From Tubiluchus corallicola (lineage: Eukaryota; Animalia; Priapulida), in the NCBI GenBank assembly GCA_030141605.1, contig JAQGDQ010000538.1:84807-148806 (forward strand): DNA of 64,000 nt, given 5' to 3'. The notes under the pieces are model-generated. The model ran no database searches and had not been told where the DNA came from. It saw only the letters and a list, made by a program, of their open reading frames with translations. The translations under genes were made by a program, and so were the position numbers. How positions within the stretch are numbered: the first letter of the stretch is position 1; every line of letters starts with the position of its first letter. Shown piece after piece: positions 20,601-32,600 of the stretch.

Positions 20601-23600
20601 GATAAAGCACAAGATGATCTCTGAAAATGTTTAAAAAAGAATCACACCTTCACACATGAATTATGCAACTACTAACAATATCCAATTACCACTGACCATG
20701 GAGAAATATGCAGAACTGTAATAACAAGAAGCTATAATACTAGCAATAAGCAAATAAAAATTTAATAAAATACCATTTAATGTGCAAGTGGATATCCAAC
20801 AGAAAAATTTCAAACAGCATCTATAAATAGTGAAAAGTGAGATAATGGCGAACTAATTTATACCAACCTGGACTCTGGTAAAATGACTATGAGGAGGTCG
20901 CAAGAATATGCTCAACCACAAGTGGCCATCTTGAAAATCCTCCAAAGTTTTACTTGAAAAGAAGTGAACAAAACCCTAAGTATAAAAAGTGATCCTGTTT
21001 AAGTTACAAACATTTTATTTGCTTAAATTTATTTTATTTAATAAAGCAAAGAATTATACATACAATGATTATTTTTACAGCTCTCATCAGATAGATATCT
21101 GGCAAACTGTTAGTGAGCATCAGAATGTTGTTTCAGACTTCAGCAAGTTTGTAAAGTACTGGTGATGTGTTTTAGCGGAGGATTGTAGCATGCGACTACT
21201 GCCGCTATAGCTAGCCTTATGGACGATAGAGGGCGGAGTATGTAGGCACCTCCTGTTAGTACAAACCCGTTCAAAACTCAAAAGTGCACTCAAGACCCTT
21301 GTAGTACCTCCAGAGGATTCCACACGGTAACTTGGCAAAGTAGGAAGGGAGCTACCTACAGTTTAAGCACAGGACGACATGAATCCCTCAAGTCTGCATT
21401 GATCAAAATGCACTGTCTACTAATACAACTAAAGCACTAAAAACAAACACTGTCTCACTTTTTGTCAGCTACTTTATTATAACGATTAATATTTCAAACA
21501 AAACTTGAATTTTCACAACAAGTGCATTTCCCATAATCATAAACAGTCGGTATGTGGGATTCACATAAATTCTCGACTGGTCACTCGGTAACACTAAACT
21601 AAAGCATGCTTTAAGCAGGCAAGACAAACATGGCATCAGTAATAACTAATTGACAGAACTATGTGAAAACCTAAAGCACAAATACAACTAAACGTATAAT
21701 TTTGTCAGTGGCATGACTGTACTACTTGAGATGGGAAATCTGTGATTTTGAAAATTACTCATCTTGAAGAATAGCATAGACTGAATCATGTAACAGCTCA
21801 AAATAAAAAATTGACAGCATCTTATCTGCAGAAAATTCAATACAAAATATGGCACTGGTGACCCAATTTAAGCTTCTTGTATTAGTTGCTTACTAATCTA
21901 TTCGAATAATAACAGAATTTGGAATAAGGAATTATTAGGCAACTAATCCCATAGTTATGCTATTCTTAAAATATTTTACCTTTAGTTCGCTTTCTTCAGC
22001 TGGGTATAGCTCGTGATAAACTGTTTTCAGCCCACGATCAACGGCCAGCCACTTGTTACATAAGAAACACCAGGAAGCATCCTCCTGCACATCTGTAATC
22101 ACGACTTTTCGCAAGAACCTAAAGGATGTGTAGTTTGTATGATAAAGTAAATTAAACTGCACTCCACAAATAACAGTACTGATTTAAAATAAATACATAG
22201 AGCCTACATAAGTTTAGGCTTCTTAGTTCCCTTAAAACATTAAAAACAATACACTGTCAAAATTTATTGTACAATATGAAGAATGTTATTTATGTATTAT
22301 GAACGACAAAATAAACTTACTTACAAAATAGAAAAATATATATCAAAATTAGCTTTAAGATACAGTTGATAAACTATACACAACATAATAAGTCCTTCAT
22401 AATGAGAGCATTGATGTTAACACTTAATTAAAAATCTTTTTTAAAAGCAACAATTCAAGAACATGACAGCTACTAGTTCACAGCAGAAACATAGCCTTAA
22501 AATTTTTTGAGCTATTAAGTGTTAACGCGCTTCCCTTCTTATACTTCAGATTATCTTGATTATGATGTGACTCTTTGATCAGCGTTTTCATTAACATGGT
22601 TTTGTAATCTATCTTAAATGAATTTGGAAACCTTTCGAAAATTTGCTGGCTCCTTTTCATGAGACAAATACAAATGAAATGTAACAAAACATTTGTTTGC
22701 CTCATGTTCTTCCCAACTTTTCAGTAGTGGAGGGATTTCTCACTCTCAATTATTTATAGTTACAGCTATTGTACTGGTCTCTATCCCATGATTTTATTTC
22801 CAAGCCTTACCAGGAAGGATGTTTTCCTGAATTGTCATGCCAGATAACAATAGATGTTAGATCACCAAGTGAATGTTGTGTTAGCAACAGAAACCAATCT
22901 TGAGCTCCAGCACACATGATAGGCCTATTTTTATCAGACAAAATGGCTGGAGAACTAGTACCATTTGTACCTAGAAAAAATACAAAAATTAGTAATACAA
23001 GAGCAAAACAAAAACTATCAACTAATTATTCAAACTTGCCTCCAGGTAATTATTATTACAATACTAGTGATCTCACCAGTTTGATTAAAGAAACATGTTA
23101 CTCCAAATGTACAGTGTAACTAACATAAGAACCAAATTTAAGCAGCTTTGTATAAATATTTGAAAATGCTGACTGTTGAAAAGTTTTATTCTTTATATTT
23201 TTATACATAAAACAACCTGCAGCCGACTATTCACAAGTTCGAGAAAACTTTTTACGAAAGAGCCTGTGTATATATATATTAAATGATATATTAATATATT
23301 TAATTATATACATATAATTTTAATATATATGTATATATATATATACGTATATAATTAAATATATTAATATATCATTTGATATATATTTGATATATTAAAA
23401 TATATCAAAATTAATTTTCACCAGGGTCATATATATATATTAGACGTTGGTGAAAATTAATTTTGACCATGAAATGTGGTATGGTAGATTATGAAAATAG
23501 ATAAAATTATATTTAATACAAATTATACCAATATATTAGACTATGGTGAAAATTAATTTTGATGATGGAATGTGGTAAATGTGGTATGGTAGATCATGAA

Positions 23601-26600
23601 AATAAATACAAATTATGCCAATGAAACTCAAGCTGTATTGAAAATTCTATATGACACTCCTGAGAATCCTAACTAGTGATAATACCAGTCATTTAAAATA
23701 AATGAAGTGCAAAATGAAGAATGTTTCTGTAAACAATATAAAAAATACTTTATTAAAAAAGGAAAGAACACTTATTTTCAAAGAAAATAAGACAATTTCA
23801 CCAACCGCCCTCATTCAATACATTACCTTTTATCACTACAGTGACAGTAGCAGTCGTAGCTGCACCTTTTCTGATTCCTGTATAAGTGATGATAAGATAA
23901 ACATACTTATCATTGGGATTGTTATCTTCAAGTATTGTCACGCCAACCTACCAGCAAAAATCGAAATAGCTAATTTACAACGACTTTTGACTAAATTATA
24001 TCAAACCCTTGTCTAAAGTTAAAGGTTTGTCTGCTTTAAGCGAGACATGGCAACTTTCTAATCTTTTTGGATATTTCTTATGCAGCTTCAAAAAAGTTTA
24101 TAATCTTATATTATTCAAAAATTGATAGATCAATTGCTGTCAGCTATCATGGATGAAAACAGAAAATGTGAATGAGTGATTAAAAATTTAAATTTAGTTT
24201 CGCAATTTGGTGTGTCATTTCTTTGCATTTATTTTAGGTAAACTCAAATGTTATAAGAAGCAAGCACAAAAAATAGTTCTATGATTAATCATGTCTATTC
24301 GTTGAATATTTTCTTACATCAATGTAAAACTTTCCTCAATAAAAATTAGTTTCCCTAATTTAAATAAAAATTAAATTAAAAAAAATAAAAAACATGCACA
24401 ATAGGTTCCTCTTTTTTATTGTCTGTTGCTCCAAATAAATCTTGGAGAATTTGTCTATTGATATCTAGCAAGCCATTTCAGGATTGATGAATGTTCACAG
24501 CACAGTTAGTTACAAAAGTGTTCGTAATACATAAGTCAGATACAGGAACCGGATAACTCACGAATATTAAAATAAGGTAGACTACAGACTGGTTTTCAAG
24601 TTTTAGATGAAATTCTCGTGTACCGCACAAACATGTGTAGATGCCTGTAAGTTTTCCCGACATACAAAGCACGGCAACTTTGACGAGTGTATTTGTATGT
24701 TTGACTGAACTTCTATGGACTCTTATCCTTGAACAGCAGAAAAAACTAGATATACAACAAGTAAAAGGCCACATGTAAACAGAGGTGTGCGAAAGTAGTA
24801 CTAAACAAGCGATACAGTCTATTTCTGATAGTAGAATATCATCTAGTGTACGGAATCATTACTGAAATTTTAACTTATGCATAGCTACACTTTTTTTTGG
24901 GTACTAGCAGTTCAAAACCTGACAATTATACAAATTAATAAAATCGCACAGGAAACCATTTACCTTAGGGATTTGTTTTTGTTGACAAGTTCCTTGTGAA
25001 TTGCTGGTAAAGAAAAACAAAAATGATATGTTTTTTCCAGCTAACACATTCTTATATATTACTTCTTTCACATACATCTCAGTTAAATGTTGTACAAAAA
25101 TATACTTGCCAAACCTGTAATGCTTTGTACATTGGGAAGAATTCCAGGCATCTACACAGAAGTTTGAATATGATCAATACATTTTCACCTAGAATTGGAG
25201 TTTGAGCAGATACCTGTTCTTCACAAGCATGTTTAACTGTACAAAAATTACTTTTGACCTAAAAAAGCAGATATCCACACCCAGTGCAATTTGCAAAATT
25301 TTGCCCACTGAAATACCTGGAATATCAAACCCTAAGACATATCATTATCTGTTTTGCAAATTTCAAATCAGCAAGCATTTTTGCTTCCTAATAGTGTATA
25401 GATAGGAACAGATATAGTTATACCACTTGGCTGGTACAGCCAAAAACATCAAGCTCTCTCGAAAAGGTAGATTCAACACACACTCGCACAATTTTACAAA
25501 GTTTAAACAATTTGGCTCTAAAGTATCAAAGTCAGATAAAGATTTCATAACCTTATTAGCTAAAAATACTGACATTCTCCAATTATTTATCACTGGAATA
25601 CATACGATACTATCTAATAGCCTGTTAATAGGGTTATTGATGTTTTTCTACAATCTGGTGTATTTCAGTTTTGTAATCAAGCATTTTTCTGTGAGAATAT
25701 AACAACGAATGCTTCCTTGTTCCAGTTAAATATAGTACGAAGGCTAACACTAACGTCACAACTGAGGCAGAACACTTAAAGACCAAGGAGAGACATCTGA
25801 GCTTGAGTTTTTGGCATACAAAAACATAACTTATTATTATTGCACTTCGGTTTGGACTAAAAAACCAAAATGCGTTCTTTAGTTTTGAAACATTGCAACC
25901 CAAATGTTTGGAATAAATGAAAACGGAAGTGTGCAAAACTGAAGTTGAAGCTGTTTCTGCTAACTCCAATTATTAACTGTTAACTTCTGCTGACTCTGCC
26001 AACATTACAAAATCAACACTAAACTGCAATATAATACAACTTTAACTTTACCAAACAAGTTACATTGTAGGTCCTCGAGTTTCCTGATCCTTCAAGTTTG
26101 ATTTGTTGTTCTAAAAAGTAAATACTCTGATTAAATGCAAATTACAGGTACTACATAAGATAAACCTTGAAAACACGAAATAATTACCCTTGTGGTGTCT
26201 GCTTTATCTTTCCTGTATGAGTACACTAGCAGGACAAAGTAAATTATCCAAATCAGTACAACTAGCAGTACCGTTACAGGGTTGTCGTAAAAAGTCAAAA
26301 ACAATTGAGCCTCTTCAAATGGTCGTATCTCGTTTGGCGTTACAAGAAAGCTGCCTGCAAAGGTGGTCATGTGATAACATACACAGTGCATTCTCTTTTC
26401 CGTTGTAAGATGTCCCAACTGTCAACAAAAAAGTAGTTTGACATGAGTTAACATATGTAAGAAATTTTAACACCCAATAATTTTAACCGTGGCATGCTTC
26501 GTCAACTTTTTCAAGTGGACTAAAAATCAATAAAATATATAATGGTAAATACACAAATATATGCACAAGTTTTTATAGCAAAAATAAGATTTCTAAAACG

Positions 26601-29600
26601 TTTTAAAAAAAGAATACATTGGAGAAGAATGTTTGCCTTTGTTATAATTCATATTTAAATTAATACTAAAAACTAATAAAGTTTATTTTTACTTACAGGT
26701 TTAGACCAAGGTAAAAATATAGAAATTCCCTTATAAAACATAAATAGGTTATCACTCTCAGTTAGAATCATGTTTAAACTATTACTGGCTAAAATTAAGT
26801 GATAAAACTACAAAAAACTAGACTGATATGCTAAAAACTATGTAGAACTTTATATAAAGAGCAGTTTTGACTGAATGAAGAAATTTGAAACTGCTCTGAC
26901 AGTGTTTTGTAAGTAACAAAATAATTAACACAAGCGAGTTCTTGGCCATTCAGTGGAACGGGTGTGAATAATAGACAAAAACTAGAATCAATGCCACTAG
27001 ATGGAGCTAGCAAAAAAAAACCAATGGTAGCAGAGAAAGCAGGGATACCAGAAGATTATTAATGAACCATTCTGTTTTTTAATTGAATAATGGTTAGAGC
27101 ATGCTTAAATGATATGCTTCCTTAATCATAAGGTCATATTTTTTCTGAGCTCTGTCAATGATCTTGAAATTGTGTAATGGGGTAATTGCAGCAGGCAAAA
27201 TGTGCTTTGTCTAGTTTACTATGACTATATGTCTGTGGTCGGGTAGTCATGCCCATCTAATTATTGCTGCAGCCGCAACATTTAAATTTGCATATTAAAG
27301 GCAGGCCTCGATCTGCTGCTGATTACTTTTTTTCTGATACGTAAGATATAAAAAAACAAATGTTAGTGAGGACAAATATTGGTCTAATGGGTGTTCCCTT
27401 AAAAATTATGCTGATTTCTCAATGCTGCGATCATTGATAAAATGTAACTTCATGTTAGCTGTTATCAATGCTGCAATTTTAGCAAGGTTGCAAAGATGTC
27501 ATCAGTATAATTGTCTGTAAAAAGCTGGTTAGCTTTATTAGTTCAGGTATCCACAACTGCCTCTCGCATTTTTATTTTACATTTCCTTGTTGCATATGAA
27601 GATACAATTTATTAATCTGAGTGTTTAACCATGATACTATTTCAAATAGCAAACTGTCATTAACTATAAGTTTTTCGCACTTCTTTCAATGGGCTGGCAG
27701 CACATTTTTTCCATTGTCCAAAATGATGTAAAAATGGAAAAAATAGACAATTTTGCATAATCACAGCATTACCGTTACTATAATAAATATTTCCTTGAAT
27801 GTTTAATAAAAATAATATACAGTATAAATGTTTGGTTTGAGAAGGAAAATGCAGAAGTTTTGAAGATCCAGAATGTCACAATATATGGCAGGTGATTATC
27901 GATGGTGATGTTTGTATCTGCTTAAGGTTTTCCTTCACAGTTCTTATATACTGCTCATTTTGTGGACATAATTATTTGTAGTGTGTTAATCGGTTTATCA
28001 TTTGTGAATGTAAAATTTTGTTTTTCATTGTCATTGGACAAAGCCATGCCATACCTGCTATTGTAGTTTGCACTAAGTGTTGTAGCTTTTACAGAAAAAA
28101 CTGTATTATATTCCAATCTCCAAAAAGTAATAATTCCAATTTGCTGACCAATTTGGTGTTTTATATATTATTATCTATACTGGTTTAAAGAATATTTGGA
28201 TTACGAGTGCTTTTTGTTTGACTGCATACACTGAATCAAAATGAAACACATTTTCTTCAAGATACCTCCCCCTCTGACTGCCCAAAAACTGGTGTTTGTT
28301 AATTACTTTATTAGTTACAGCATGCTGTCTTAAACATTGAAGCAGAACTTTAATATAGTGCACTTACAGAAATAAATCAGTAAGTTACTCAAAGTTCAAA
28401 ATTATAACATAAATTTGAATGAATTTTTGAGCTAGTAGGTACTTGAATAGTTGAAATTATTTTATATTGACTGCATATAAGCATCAGAATTCCTGACTTG
28501 CTTCACCAGATTCATTTAAACGATTCCTTGCATTATGCTCTTTTTTACAGGCCATTCTAGGTTACCAAGGCTACGAATGATAAGGACACATACCAAACAT
28601 CCTTCGCTTCTAAACTCCTCATTTTTCTCATCCCAGTACACGCAACGGGAGTTATAAAAACCGACAGTAAAGTTCACTGGCATTACGTTAGGTTCATCTG
28701 AAACAAAACAAATGCAATTCTACAACATAGTAGCACAAAAAGATTTTTAAGATAACAGGCCTTATTTAACAAGTTTAAGAAAGAGGTTTAAACTGATACA
28801 CTGATAACAACATCTTTTTTAGTATTACTTTAACTGATAATCACACACCTGCTGGAGTATTGTTTGCTTCGAGATAACAAGGAAGTGTCTGCACATTATC
28901 ACGTGGACCTCCTATGAACCACCTCATGCACGGACAAGTGTAGACAAGATACCCAAGTTCTATTATCAGCTAGAGAAGTAAAAGAACAAAGTTAAATGCA
29001 AATATTAAACAATAAGATGATTCATGTAAACATATCATTGCCAGTAAGTTATGCATTTGTAACTTACATCAACAGTTTGATAATTGTATACCTTAATTAT
29101 AATACATATACTTGTATACAGTCGAAAAAAAGCACTCAATCCAAATATCTTTTAAAGCAGTATAGATGGTCATATAAACATCAAATTGTTCAGCAAATTG
29201 GAATTATTACATTTGGGAGGTTGTGATATAATGCAGTTTCTTCTGTAAAAGCAGCAACATTTAGTGCAAACTACAACAGCAGGTATGGCATGGCTGTGTC
29301 CAATGACAATGAAAACCAAGTACGATATTCACAAATGATAAATTACCTGAGCCAACAAAGATGACTAAATCAGGTGTATTAAATATTGCAATATGTAGAG
29401 AGAAAAAATAACCAAATAATCAAAAATTACACAAACATAAGAGAAAGTGCACCTATGCACAAATGGTTTGTCAAAATTATGAGTTTACTAGTTCTAACAG
29501 GTATAAAATTGGTATGCCACTATGTTGTAGGTACTTTAATTAATTGTAGGCGTTAGTTAGTGCATTTACAAAATATAATCATCTTCGCAAGTGCATACTA

Positions 29601-32600
29601 TACAGCTTAAAAAATAATGATTCTTCCTGAGCAATTGATGAGCATAGCTAACAAGCAATTATTTACTATTTCATGAGACTATTGTGACTACTGTCTACCA
29701 ACAGCCTAATTATATATGTGTCACTAAAAGCGGCATTTGCCACATCAGAACCTTAGTCATGCCACAAAATTATTCTGAATAAATTTAAAAGAATTGTTAC
29801 ATTTAAACATTTATCTTTCTACGTGGTTGCTATGGTTACTGTCTATCATAGCAACACCATTCATATGCCCATTAAAAGTGATGCTCGTCACACCAAACCC
29901 CTAGTTAACCATGCCTGAAAATTATTTTGAATGTTTCAAAAGATAGTTAGTATTGCAAATATTACCATAACAACAGGCCATTTATAATTGTAGCAAGGGT
30001 GCTTTTTAACATTTTCGTCTCATGCACAATTGTGCCATTTCATGTTGCATGTTTTCAAGTACTAACATTTTATAAACTTCACCTTTTTTCAATAAAAGGG
30101 CTAAAATAAGATAAACTTGCTAGTCATTGTGCGCCAAACACTTGCAAAAAAAGTGAAAAGTTTTTAGTTGTAGAAAAATATTGCTTTCAAAACTCACTTT
30201 TAAATATGTGACTTAGCAGATATCACCCCCACATCTTACGTTACGGTGACATGAGTGATTGCAGTCCATCACATCATATAATATTAATTACTGACCACAG
30301 GGATTAAACTAGCTACTGAATTTCTAGACATAACAATAAAACTGGCACTCTGTCAAGAATCCAAATGCCAAAAAATCGTTTCATGGTGAGTAGCTGAATG
30401 ATTTAGAGCTCACAAGATGTTATGTCGAGGACAATAGTCATACAATTATTATACCATTAATTAAGAGTGCTATTTAGAAGACTATATGAAAGGCACTACA
30501 AACTGCTAATTGGCATGGAATGCCCTTGAGACTTTCAATAGTATTTAGTTGACTCGATCCTCATTTCAATTGTGGAATACAGAAATACACAATATAATAA
30601 TCTAGTTAGCTCGAAATATATTCTCGAGTGCTGTGCTCAAGATATAGTCTAGTTAGCTTGAGATATTATCTAGCAAAATCGAAATCATTTTCTGGAGCCC
30701 TCGAGATATTCTCTCGAATTAGGAAAAATAATGCAATATCCCTTACAGGCTTCCGTAGTACATTACGAGCAAACTTAACAATTCTGTTCAGTAACCAGTC
30801 CATATTAATTAGGTGTTATAAACACTGAACAGACTGTACAACGCAGATGCCGTAAACACTGACAAATTGAACTGAATTAACAACACGGAGGAATAATTAA
30901 TAGTATTTTTATTACTGTTTGATAAAGACGAAACAAAATGCTTCTTACATGAATCTCTGGCTCCATCAGTTAACTTAGGTAGCTACTGTAAACATACTTC
31001 ATGGTGCATGTGCCTTACACTTTCTGTGCAGTAACAATCCTCAGCACTGCATGTCCAAACTAATACAATAATTAGCCATTTCCAATAGTCAATTTAATAA
31101 TATCTTTTAAATTTCAATTCTCAAGAAGATTTTTCATTCAATGCTAATATTGTCGGTTTTCTTTTTTCTCTGTAACTACTGTAACTAAAGAGAAAAGAAG
31201 CTTGTTTCGGGACAGAGAAGTGGATTATTCCGCAGAGAAAAAATTTCTTCCTATAGATGCATACCAATAATCTAGCTAAATAAAAAACACCTGGTTCACC
31301 TTTTCTAATAACCAGCCGGGGGCCAATCCTGAATTATCCTCCCATATTGTGACATTCAGGATGGTCCCAACTGCTACATTTTTCTTCTCAAACCAATCAA
31401 CTCTGAAAGTAGAAGTAAGATCTGAAATTAACTGGTAAAGATAATGAAGGTAAATGACTATCGCACTAGTAAGCTAAGTACGGGCTATTATGACTTAAGA
31501 TGGTAGTATCCACAGTGTTTGAGACGGCCATGCCGACAACCCATTTGTGTTTAATGGCACTTCATTACAACAAAATGCACCGCTAAATGGAGCTGTAATT
31601 CTATAGATAATAATGTAAATATTTGGGAATGGTATACCAATAGCAACTTACAGGCAGTATTGCTGGCTTGTGTAAGTCAAACATTTTATGAATCCTATAT
31701 ACATTTGCCTACATGTTAGACATTGTTTTGTATTAAACAGTCAATGAAGTAATGTTAGTGTTGTTGTATTATAGTTATAGTTAGATACATATATAGTTAA
31801 CAATGTAATGTTACAAAATACACAAAATTTCAGATTTTGCAGCATTTACAATAATCAATGAATATGTGTGTGTGCGTGTGTGTGTGTGTGTGCGTGCGTG
31901 TGTGCGTGTGTACGTGTATGTGCGTTTTAAATTTCAAATTCTGCACACAGATTTCAAATTTAATTTTAATAATTTAACAATACAGGTTTCTTTTTTGTTT
32001 GCATTGTTATGTCCAAAATCCAATAAAATGTTAAAGATAATCCTTTTACTAAGCCACATAATTCTTTAACATAAATCTCTGAACCTACTAAGATGTCTTA
32101 GCCACGTTTAAGTGTGCGCATAATATACATCATCCTCAGGGGGAGAAATAAGCAGAGGCAGACACCCATCATTAGAAACCTGGTTCATTCTCATTCATCT
32201 GATTAACTATTAAAGCCAGCACATACCGTTACTATTTAGCTATTCCTATTTCAAGTTACTTTTGAAAATGACTACAAGCTAGGATATGCGCAGAAAGACC
32301 TACAACTTCATAAAAAAAGATGTTTTGAATCTTTCAATAATCTACTTGAAACATTTTATATCAATGTTTAATATTAAGTTTGCATAAAACTGCAGTATTT
32401 ATAAACAAAATGTTTGTTATAATGATTTTTATATACCAACAAGACCATTTTTTACATACACAATTAATACATAACTCAAAGATTTTTGGGAACAAGGAAG
32501 CTATTTTTACTAAATAATTTACGATATAAACTTACCTAGCACGTTCATGATTATCAAGAAAACTATCCAGTATCATTTCTCTTGTTGTCCCGTGACTACC

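Noticed and set aside
27380-27560. Penelope RT remnant on the minus strand (YTDDIF, GTPIRPI)
   Set aside because: Motifs are short, frameshifted and in unexpected order; insufficient support
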